This document shows, piece by piece, positions 13,066 to 24,580 of a stretch of DNA of 64,000 nucleotides (position 1 is its first letter; each line of letters starts with the position of its first letter). The stretch lies in assembly GCA_030141605.1 (NCBI GenBank), contig JAQGDQ010000085.1, positions 1 to 64,000 of the forward strand, given 5' to 3'. Position numbers and translations under genes: made by a program. Origin of the DNA: Tubiluchus corallicola (Eukaryota > Animalia > Priapulida). The notes beneath the pieces were generated by a model. It was given only the letters and a program-made list of their open reading frames with translations. It had not been told where the DNA came from and did not search any database.

Positions 13066-15648
13066 TGGAAGATCAGGTTTTGCAAGATGACACTGTGAAA
13101 GTGGACCCTCGCCTGAAGTTCAATATTATTTCTCGATAACATACTATCTACTTTTTTTAAATTTCTTATAGCGGTGTAATTAATGCTATTATTGCAAACA
13201 ATAACACGTTACCGTCGACGTATTGTCATGTTTATGGAAACGTCGCAAAATGTTTTGAATGGTTAGATACTTAGAAATGTTGAATAGGCTATATACCCAC
13301 ATTAGCTAAAAAGCTAAATACCTGAATTAGAAACTAGGACAGGGCTTTTAACCAAACATCATGCAAAACAGCGTTGTATAAATTATGCGATCTTATTATG
13401 CCTATTAGACCTAACGTATCACATTATGCCACATTAATACTGTGTACTATTACTGATAACATTAAAATCAACTTTTAGATAATTGTAAAAAGCAATAGCC
13501 ACTACCCGTTTGAATTTACTCTTATTTGACAGTGCTGTCCTCTATATACGATCGCCAGTCATCGTTGCGTTGTCCGTTTAGTATGGATGGCGTGCTGGCA
13601 GCTGCTAAACACGCGTTTACAAGGTTATTGTATGAGGTTTTCAAGTTAATTAATGTGGGAGAAATAAACGTTAATGTCGTAAACTTTACATACATTGTCT
13701 CCGTTAAACGGTTGAACACATTATTAGCCAGCACATTACAAGAAGCAAAGCGCTGCAAGCTATGTCATATTAAAATAAATCATTTTCTTATCAAGACTTT
13801 GATGCGTACAACTAATACTCAGGGTAATATTCTAGTGTTAAAAGATGCCATTATCATTCATGTGGTGGGTCACTGATTGATCGCAATTGGGTTGTTACTG
13901 CTGCTCACTGTGTGGATTTCCTAGCTAGTCCGTACGTCTTCAATGATACAAAATAATATTTTTTTGCTGAACTTTCTCTCTGTTTGTTCGTTTGCCTGAA
14001 CACGTGTAATTTGTGTCTCTGTTTTTATTGGCTTATACAGATTTGTTTACTTATTATGGAATTATTAATTTTGCCCTTTGTTTACTTGACTGTTTTTCTT
14101 ATTTTTCCTCTTCTTCTTCTCCTTCTTCTTCTTCTTATTATTATTCGGTTTACATTTAATTGCTCATTGTTGTTTTGATATGTTTTTGTTTTTAGTTTTT
14201 TTCTTATTCGTTTTGTTGATTATGTTTTTGCAAACTTGTTTGTTTTGTAGCTTTTACTTCTCTTTTAAAATCACCAACGACGTTCTTTCTTACATGAGTT
14301 TGTTACAGAATTTAAAAAAAATCGAGGACTTATAATAGCGAGCAAATATTCGTTCACAAGCATCAACATCAAGGTTTCATTATTCGGCTATGATACAGCA
14401 GACACTTGTACAGTAATTTGAGATTCCTGCCGTAATGTATCAAAATTTAGAATCAATGCAAGATTTTTGATAGAAAAGAACATAGTTTAACCTTGAATAA
14501 GGTAGCCTGTCGTTTTCATGCTGGCTTGTTGTCTACTTAGTTTGTTCACTATAGGCTAGTGAACTCATCTACTTTACTTTTTACTTTTTACATTGTTTGA
14601 CTTTTTAGTAATGGATGCACCTATTTCATTAATCCTAGTCTTTAGTGTAATTTTTATCTTTTGTCTTGTATATAGTATTTTCATGCTGTCATAAACTTCA
14701 ATCTAAATCAAAGTGCACAGGTTACTTTGACTTAGGTCTTGCCCAGTGTAAAATTCTGGCTCTGCTTCAACCCATAAGGACGGATACCATTTCGTAACTT
14801 GGAAGAGCCGCAAGTTTTCTTGCTAAAGTGTCAAAAATAATAAGATATTTTATTTCTTAGGAGACAGAGACGAAAGCTCTTACTCCATTTTGGTGCAACC
14901 ACTTACTCAGATGCCACACAGTCCAGACGGGTAAGTCCAATACAAAGCCTTTCAAAATGTTAGTTTACAAAAAACATAAAATTTATGCATAAATAAGTGT
15001 TAATACTTATATCTCTGAATAATTGCAAGTAAAAAATAACTTAATTAAATTACTGTAGAAATTCAAGAATACTGGCTAATATTTTGGATAGACACTAACC
15101 AGATAGTGCAACAAATTTTTCGAAAGAAAATTAAAATTCTTATCATGAATCCTATTTCACACCCTTTTTTAGAACATAATAGAGCATATTGAGTAATTCT
15201 CACGAATTCATTGTTAGCAATTTTGTTTTTTACTGTCTTAGAATTATTAACAAGTGTAGCACAACTTTCTTAAACTAAGCCGAGCAAAGATCTAGAATTA
15301 AATTAGCAAAATTACTGCCTGATTTATAAACTAAACAAAAGTATTTATAAACCAGTTTAGATAGCTGATACCAGTTATGTGTATTTATCGCAACAGTAGA
15401 AAAAATAAACTCAAACTTGGAGCTTTCTCATTGTAGGACTGGTTATTAGGCCTACAGATGGCGATCCTCTATAGATTATTCTCAGCTAACGTTTTTGAGA
15501 AACACTGACGTGACTAACTGACTAACTGACTAACGCAACACACACAGTTGCTTGTGCATTTATCATCGTTACGGCCGTGGTTGAAGGCAATAGGCGCGAA
15601 AGGCCCTATCTGGCATATGGATAATACACAGAGGTCATTAATTTCCTT

Positions 15649-15984
15649 AATCATGTGATTCTTTTGACGAGAAAGTTGAAAGCGTCTACGAAAACTCAGA
15701 GCAATCAATAGTTTTTCTAATCATGGTGATTCTTTTGACGAGAAAGTTGAAAGCGTCTACGAAAGCTCAGAGGAATCAATAATTTTTCTAATCATGGTGA
15801 TTCTTTTGACGAGAAAGTTGAAAGCGTCTACGAAAGCTCAGAGGAATCAATAGTTTTTCTAATCATTGTGATTCTTTTGACGAGAAAGTTGAAAGCGTCT
15901 ACGAAAGCTCAGAGGAATCAATAGTTTTTCTAGTCATTGTGATTCTTTTGACGAGAAGTTGCAAGCGTCTACGAAAGCTCAGAA
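15649..15984. repeat. 71-bp tandem repeat (~4.7 copies)
   Basis: Unit AATCATGGTGATTCTTTTGACGAGAAAGTTGAAAGCGTCTACGAAAGCTCAGAGGAATCAATAGTTTTTCT recurring at 15719, 15790, 15861 and 15932. Confidence 0.95.
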
Positions 15985-17903
15985 GATGATAACGAAGTGG
16001 ATGGAGTCAGTAAGCAGAAGACGGAAGTGAAGAAGCGGAAAGTGAACATGCCTGCATGTCATCAAATGCAAAGAATCACTCGAGCTATTTTGTGTTTTTC
16101 ATTTTGGGCCTATAAATGCAAATAATTATTGAAAATGATGGCCATATCATTATGATCAGCAATCTCAGTTCCATTACAATTTAACTCAATAGGAGAAGAT
16201 TTATATGGGAGAGCAGATCATACTTTCTTCACTTGACATGTATTTTGTTTATTTACAATAATAAGTGCTCCCTGTTCCACGTTTTTAAGCTGTTTTGATG
16301 TTCGAGTTCTTAGAAAGTAACTGCCCAATTCCTCCCAATTACCTGCTTAATTTTACTGTTTTTTTTCAGTTGGACCTTCTCCAGACACTCTTCAGACAGT
16401 TCTTGTGCCTGTACTTTCTAACGACGTATGTGCAGATGCAATACGTGCAGCTACTGACTACTCCATACATATCATTGATTCATGGATCTGTGCTGGAACT
16501 TTGGAAGATGAGAGTGGAACTTGTAACGTTAGTAACATGTCTTTACCTTCATGCGATAAGTTTTATTAAATTAAATCACTTACAGTCTCCTCATTGTGGA
16601 ATTTAATTGCATCTAACATTTGAGACAAATTACTGACATAGTCGGTTTGAAAAGTCTAGGCCTACTGGAGACACAATTTTTTTATCCTACAGTTAATTTA
16701 GTTTTATTCTATATTTAAAATGTGCACCATGCTTAAACTATTAATACTGTAATATTTTTATAACCTGATTTGATTTGTTAGATTAAAAAGCTAAGCATTC
16801 TATTAGAATTGCAACAGGCCTTATATATATGTGAATGTTAGTTTTACGTCTGGTTTTAGCGTCTAGTGATATTATTTCATTTCATTTTTTTCATAAAATA
16901 CAACTAAAGCTAGCAACTTTTCAAGTATTAATGCTCCTAAGTTAATCAGAATTGCTTATATCAACAAAACTACAAGTTGTTGCTTTCTTCAGGGAGATTC
17001 TGGTGGTCCAATGGTTGAAGAATCAACAGGAGAGCTCATTGGTGTCGTTTCCTGGGGTGTGGAATGTCAGCGTAATGGCGCTCCAGGCGTAAGAACTCGA
17101 GTGACATCATTCAGACAGTGGATCATTGATGAAATTAAGTGAATATTTTATACTGTGATTATTTTGTGCGACTAAAAGCAACAGTTAGTTAATGTTTCCT
17201 ATTGAATAATGAATATAAAAATAGTGATAAGTGGAAAAAGACTTTATTTTTTAATAATTTGGTTTTTTAGGGTTTAAACCCTTTTTTTATGTTTTCAGAC
17301 ATAATTATACAGTTATTTTCCTTTATAATAATACACTCAGAACGATTTTAAAATTGAAAAGACGTCAAAAGTGATATTTGGAACTACATTAGTCTATATA
17401 CATAGGCAAATTACAAGTCGTTTTGTTGTATAACTGCTCTTATGCTTGGTGTACAATCGAAGATTTTACTACTACGGTCGTTTCTCGTTACAGCTCTAGC
17501 AGCGTCTAAGATATACATTTTAAAAAATCGCTCAATCTCTGTTAAATTTATGTAATACTACGTCCTTTATATAGCATGGGTTGTTTAATGGAATGCTTCT
17601 ATATGTGTGTACTGGTGAATTATTAAAACAATGTGTAAAGTGCCGGAAAAATGCGTGTATTATAATTGTAACAAAATAAATGTATGACATTAAATCTGTT
17701 AAAATTGACAGAAAGTGTTGATTTTAGATTTTTTTGTAAAATTGTGGTAATAAACTCAACTCAGAAACTACTTTAAGAGAGAAACACGTGAAACTTTTGA
17801 GAAATAAATGAAAAATAAAGTTCAACAAAGCTCAAAGCATGTTAAGCTTTAGAAAGATAAACAGTAGTGGTGGGCGTAATAGACCACTAATAATCCGTTA
17901 CTT

Positions 17904-18692
17904 CGGTTACTTATCCATAACTCTCTGGCAACGGTTACTTATCCACAACTCTCTGGCATCAGTTACTTATCCACAACTCTCTGGCATCGGTTACTCATCC
18001 ACAACTCTCTGGCATCGGTTACTCATCCACAACTCTCTGGCATCGGTTACTTATCCACAACTCTCTGGCATCGGTTACTCATCCACAGCTCTCTGGCATC
18101 GGTTACTTATCCACATCTCTCTGGCATCGGTTACTCATCCACAACTCTCTGGCATCGGTTACTTATCCACAACTCTCTGGCATCGGTTACTTATCCACAA
18201 CTCTCTGGCATCGGTTACTCATCCACAACTCTCTGGCATCGGTTACTTATCGACAACTCTCTGGCATCGGTTACTCATCCACAACTCTCTGGCATCGGTT
18301 ACTTATCCACAACTCTCTGGCATCGGTTACTTATCCATAACTCTGGCATCGGTTACTTATCCACAACTCTCTGGCATCGGTTACTTATCCATAACTCTCT
18401 GGCATCGGTTACTTATCCACAACTCTCTGGCAGCGGTTACTTATCCATAACTCTGGCATCGGTTACTTATCCACAACTCTCTGGCATCGGTTACTTATCC
18501 ACAACTCTCTGGCAACGGTTACTTATCCATATCTCTCTGGCATCGGTTACTTATCCACAACTCTCTGGCATCGGTTACTTATCCACAACTCTCTGGCATC
18601 GGTTACTTATCCACAACTCTCTGGCATCGGTTACTTGTCCATAACTCTGGCATCGGTTACTTATCCACATCTCCCTGGCATCGGTTACTTAT
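17904..18692. repeat. 28-bp minisatellite (~28 copies)
   Basis: Unit CGGTTACTTATCCACAACTCTCTGGCAT, with some 26-bp variants; accounts for the spurious 203-aa ORF. Confidence 0.97.
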
Positions 18693-20967
18693 TCAAATAA
18701 ATGAATACTAAATAATTAGTTTTATTATGTTTATCGTCGACATTTCTAAAATAAAAGAACAGTTCCTTCAAGTAAAATAAACACAGCAGTAATCCAGCAG
18801 AAAAGTTATAATTCCGAATAATTTAAAACACAATGGAAGCATTAATGTTTTTAGATCCAGCAAATCCAACTTGCTTATTTTTTGTTCCAGAAGAAAATCA
18901 CGAGAATTATTTACTGTTGTTTGAATTCCTATTTGGAATTATTGACACAGCTCCATTTATACACGAGAATAAAAGTGAGCTTAAAAATCTGAAGGGCAGA
19001 TCCATTTAATAGACGCGGTTAATTTAGCGGGCATATTTATGGGCAGTATCAAGAAACTGGCAAATAGGACGCTGTTACAGTCCGTCCAATCGTCCGTAGT
19101 AAAATTTCAAAAGTTATGGAACCTCTGGCATGGGGTAGCCTTCAAAGATAAAAGTGACAGCGCCTCAACTTTCGTGTCAAACTACAGCCTTAAATTCCCA
19201 TAAAAGTGACGGAGAGATAAAGATTTATATTATTTATCATGTTTGGTGATATTTTGGAATCTCATTGTCTAGTTGTTTACTCTCTACAGTTTATGGTTGA
19301 GCCCTGTACTGGTTAGGAGTATTCTGTTTGTATCTGTTAGTTCTGGGAATTGTTTTTAGTTTGAATAAACAAACAATGTTAGCTTTTTAATAACAACAAA
19401 GTTTACTCAACTGAAAAGATATTTTATCTGAGTATTTATTGGTTAAGCGAAACATTATAATTACTTCCATAAACAAATGCTAAATCTGCAATAATAATAG
19501 CTAGTAAAACACCTTAGTTCTACTTTTGTACTATGTACTATGTGTGGCGGATTGTAGTGTAATGATAAATTAATCTGGTTATATGCCTATAACTTTGTAT
19601 CTTGTTATAATTATGCAGATACTCTTATTATTTTGTATAACTATCATAATATTTTTATTGTCTCTCTGTAATTTTACAACATTTTATATGAGTACACTAT
19701 TTACTGTTTTTTTAATCATCATTAAATTAAAATATCGATAAAATTATATCAGGATAGATGAACATAATTAGTTTATGGCTGCTGAATATCTGTCTATTGA
19801 CCTGTCTTGTAGTTCAAGTTTATAATAATGAATGTGTTATGTTCTGCACTAAAAGTAATGCAAGTACCAGCAGTGCAGCAGTTTGTAGTAAGTAGAAAGT
19901 GAAAAAGTTAAAATTTTTAATTTCTAAATTCAGTTGGCTCTGTACTTTCACGATTCGTATGATTTTTTTGAATAAAAATATTGCAGTAAAGATGTGATAG
20001 GAACGACTCTTGTATATGGCGCAACTGTTGTGTACGAACTTTAAGTGAGATGAAAAAACAAACACAAAATTTTGGTGCTGTTGCAAGGCACTAGAAAGAT
20101 CAATATTACATACTTTCCTATCGCGTAAACATTAAAGACAGGAAATGATTTCATACATATCATAATTAAATATTGATGATAGCACAAGTATACAAGATAA
20201 TAAACACCTACATGCTGACATTTAACGTGCACGGTTTATCATTTAATTACCTGAGCGGAATGTTTGAAGCAAACACCTTTTATGACCGTTGGCGAGTTAA
20301 ATATTAAATAGACAGTAGAAATTTGGAGCAGTAACCGGAAGCCGTGTTTATATGTTTTATTACCTATAGCGAATGAAAACTAACTGGAACTGCTACGTCA
20401 GGTGTTTTGGTACTTAGATGTTTATGATGTGAAAACAATGAGCATAAAAGGAACTGAATTTTGTCTTGGTAAACTAAAGGAGGTGTGTGCGAATGGCATT
20501 GTACTCCAGAATATAAAATGAGAGTTCTCAGTCTAGTTTCTTGATAAATACGTACGGTAGTAGCATGAGAAAAGGTAAGATATGCTTTTGTTCAAGTAAA
20601 TAAACGTTATTCTGGTGACCTGTACGCGTAGTTTTTCCTAGGATAGTCTTTAAATTTGTTAATTTTCACTAGTACAAACAAATACAAAAAACACAAAAGT
20701 CCAAATAAGAACAGAAGTTTTATTTTCATAGACTGTAATAACATTATGTTTGTTGTTTTGGTACAACCGAAATATTTGCACTTGAAAACAAGTATTTTTC
20801 GAAGATTTTGAAAAACCAAGATTCAAACTCTTAGTAGTTGTATTATTGGAATCATTATAACAGTTATTTTAATTTGTCAAATTTTTCAGAATTCCACTGA
20901 GCGAGTTCAAGGATCCAATTCACCACATTTATTGACATTACCATTGTCTATACGGACTTGCAACAAA

Positions 20968-21720
20968 ATGGTAATTACAGATATTTGTGTTTAAGCTATT
21001 ATACTTTCACATAAGGAATTTTTATTGTATTAAATTATTTGCCAGTGTTTGCTGACAATAATCATAAAATTAAAGACGATTTTGTTTTCTTATCTATAAA
21101 TTGTTGTTTGATTATTAATTGTTGCATTGTTTTGCTTCTAGACGGTTAGCACACATCCAGAACGAGAACAAACAGTTCTTTCAGAAGGTAAAATCTTTAC
21201 CAGGTTGCTCGTTTGGTGCAGCCTATGTAGCTTCGTCTTGGGTGGTACGGCAACGGCAGCTGGCTGGTGTTATGAACAGACTTTTCTCATAATTTGTGGC
21301 ATTATTGTCATGGGACCTGTGACTTGCGTGTTACTGTTAGTTTTACTTGTGGTGAATAAATGCTTATTGACAGATAAGAGAAATGTTTCACTTGAGAAGA
21401 ATACTGCAGAGTTTGTCAGTTCTGAGCTGCCACCCCCTGGTTATGACGATTGTGTCAGAGAACAGGTGATAGTGAATGTTGTAGAAAGTGTTGACGCATC
21501 AGCAGTTAATAACGACTCAACAAATATCACAAACAATGGTGGCTCATTGACTGCAGCCCTACGTGTCAGTGACATATCAGGTGTTGAATTGGTAAAGTAA
21601 CTTCCAGAAGTGTTCTGTAAGGACAGGAAAAAGTGAAGGACTTCTTCTTGTTCATGTAAATCAGATGAAAGCAATCCACCTTCATATAGTTTGGTGGTTA
21701 GAAATCAGCATTTAATTTAA
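20968..21720 (+). CDS. Small two-transmembrane protein with PPxY (WW-domain-binding) motifs
   Basis: AAAATG|GT at 20968-20970 spliced in phase 0 to an exon starting at 21142 (TVSTHPE..two hydrophobic helices..LPPPGYDDCV). A probable 84-nt intron at 21581-21664 joins a last exon encoding ..SDESNPPSYSLVVRNQHLI* (stop at 21720); unspliced, the stop is at 21600. Putative UTR exons end at 20574 and start at 20890. Confidence 0.65.
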
Positions 21721-24580
21721 GTGGAGTAGCTTTGTATTCGGCTGCATTGTACATGTGCTTACGTATTATCTTACAGGAATTATCCGAACCCATGTCCATG
21801 TGGTTATAATTTTAATCTGTAGCCCAAGCTAGATTACACAATTTTTTTACATTGCAGGTGATGCAAGTATTAAGAGCTATTCCTCTCCCCATCTAATTTT
21901 TTACGTGGATGCAAAAGCAAATCGTATGCAAAATATTCAGAAAAAGCTGGTTTAATATTAATCAGTCAAACATGTTCTTTTCCCTAAAAACTCAATAATA
22001 GAGTGTCAAGTCAGTATATTAATGTAACTTTGGCTTCGAAAGTCGTGGTTTAATGGAAATTAATGTGCAATGTGCTTAATTTCCAATTATATCAATTCGT
22101 AATTATTATCCTTTAATAATCCAGTCTGTTCAGTCTAGCTTTTTAAGATCAATACAAACTGGGTTTTGCTGGCTGTTGTAGATATATTTACGTTCAGAAA
22201 TTTGCCATAAACAATCAAAAAAATAATTACAATGTTGCTATGCTGTTGTGCTATTTAATATTATTTAATACTAATAATTTAAAAGTACAAAAACATTTTA
22301 AATCATTGTAAATAAAAACATTTTTGAAATTTAATGCTAAACAGCACTAACAAATTTAATTCAACTCAGATTGACCTAGCATTACCAAGTCAAACATAAA
22401 TGTATTTGAGCATTCAAGTTAAACTATCTAACTCTGCCTGCCACTGTAGGCAAAAACTCAACCGTTAATAGCCATAATTTACACAACGAATATAAAAACT
22501 GTGCATCACACAGCTAATAAAACACGTATGACATAAATAACTCAAACTGAACTTATTACTTACAAAACTCTGTACACTGCAAATGACTACAATCTATACA
22601 GAGAGCTGACTATTTAGTAAAACAGACAGAGCTTTACTCATTAACTTGCTGATTTCGTAATGTTTATCTGTTTGACTAGATGCATAACAACGCATTTTTA
22701 GCACAATAATTTCTGCCAATGTGTTTTTTTCGATATAGAAATACGTTAACTAAAACATCAATGTTTAAGAATATCTGCTATCCTCTCAGCTCGAACTACA
22801 TTTAGGGAAGTTTTATGTGTTCCGGGCACCAAAAACACCTTCATCTCACCGCAACACACCTAAAAGGAGCAGATAAATATTCAGTCTCGATCTGTGTGCC
22901 TATTTCATGACTTGCGTGCAACTAACTATAGCAGTTGTTCTTCAACAACTAACAGCATTTATGTAAACAAATCTTCTTTGTGCTTGTGGAAATCCAGCAT
23001 CCAGTGAGTCGGCCTACTCAATGTAATCACTTATTAAGAATGCTACTCTAAGACGAGACAGCGTTCCTAGTAAACCCTATAAAATGATCCCCCTGGGCAA
23101 GTAGATCCATCTGCACAGAAAAACTAAGTTCATACTTGCACTCAGCATTCTAAAACGCTGCATACCAGTAATTTTCAGATTTGTACAGTCAATATTACAG
23201 CCTGCCCATACTTCCGGACTCAAAAAAAAACCCTAAAGTGGCTTCGCCAGCAACCGGGTTCGCCGTCACTGAAAAATTATATCCAAATTCGCAATCGGCA
23301 CCATAAAATACCCTTGTTTCGTAATTTTCTTTTATATATTATAATCAATAGTGAGGCGTAACCCTGATCTGTAGCCAGAATGCCCTAAAAAGCCCCCTTT
23401 TCTCTAAGTTATAATTAGAAAAAAATGGTACCCAAATTTTACACACTCTCTAGAGAGAAATGAATTCATTTAAACAAAAAATAAAAAAATAAATTTTAGC
23501 ACGAAAATCCCACGTGATGAGATTACGGTTCATACTTTTGCTTTTTTGTGTTTAATGGTGCGCCTTCATCAGACACTGATTTTTTCTTACCATTAACTAT
23601 CGTGTTTGGTTAAAATTTGCACAATTAAAAATTGCTTGTCTGCGTGCTCTCATAGAAACAGTACATTACGAAACCAGAGCCGTATAATGACCTTTTGAGC
23701 CCCATAGGCTTGCGAAATTACATTCTCAGACTGAGCCACCCTTTAATTTGCTCGCAGTCGTCTCGAATATTTTTTACCTGTGATATATTTTAGCAACATT
23801 TGCATAGCTGGGGCGCCATCTTACAAATAAATGGGCTTCAAAGAGGGGTCAAACTCAAATGAGGATCCATTTTAAAATTGGATTTTCAGTCTTTCTGGCC
23901 ACAGTTTTGAAGTCAGCAACGCAAAGTATGGAACCCCCTTAACTGAGGGTCCCTAGGTAGCAACCTATACTAGTCTGTAAGATAATCTGGCCTTCGATAC
24001 GAGCCATACAAATCATGTTGACATTAATAGACAGTAGTTGTATTCTGATGTAGCGTGATTTTAGTAACCAAGCTACCCCAATTGAAACAAAGCTGATAAT
24101 ATTGAACGAATTGTTGCTGAGGAAGTTAATGTATGTAAAAATCATGTGACATTCAGTTGATTCACTGTGCATTAGTTATTTCTGTAATCGATTTTGGTGT
24201 AAACGAAGAAGGAATGTGAGAGAGCAAGTGCTTGTCATGGCGACTGCATTATTTAAAATATAACAAAATACGAAATTATCGTTATGTTTGTCTCTTCCTT
24301 GCTGCTAATTTCACATCTTCAAGCGTGACGTCTGGAATAAAGCTGGAATAAAATCTCTTCAGCAAAACGGGCAGCCTGAGCAAAGCAAAATAGTGCTGCT
24401 AAATCTTATCGACATCATCTGGAACTCGTTTATAGTCTGGGGATTTCTTGAAGTGTAGATTAAACAGTACCTAGCTAGAAAATTTCGCATAGTGTTCTGA
24501 AAGAGGAATTAACTTTGTGTTAGCGATACGTAATCGGCTTGTCAATTAAAGAATCCCTAGACAAACGAAGTTGTTCATAG

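Larger units (their letters stand above)
10953..17142 (+). pseudogene. Chymotrypsin-like S1A serine protease, paralogue 2 (catalytic-Asp exon not found)
   Basis: Exons 10953-11055, 12462-12550 (SSR|IVNG), ~13823-13931 (CGGSLI..TAAHC; 5' end out of frame), 14861-14930, 16370-16527 (..ESGTCN), 16993-17142 (GDSGGP). No counterpart of the ENDIALL exon is visible between 14931 and 16369. Possible 5' non-coding exon ending at 10108 (CAG|GTGAGT). Confidence 0.85.

Noticed and set aside
17839-18450. 203-aa repeat ORF / bacterial oriC with DnaA boxes
   Set aside because: The ORF cycles through frames of a 28-bp unit; there are no bacterial genes nearby.
23050-23945. Probable non-autonomous DNA element upstream of the Gr gene
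   Set aside because: Looks repeat-like, but termini and TSD could not be defined from this window.
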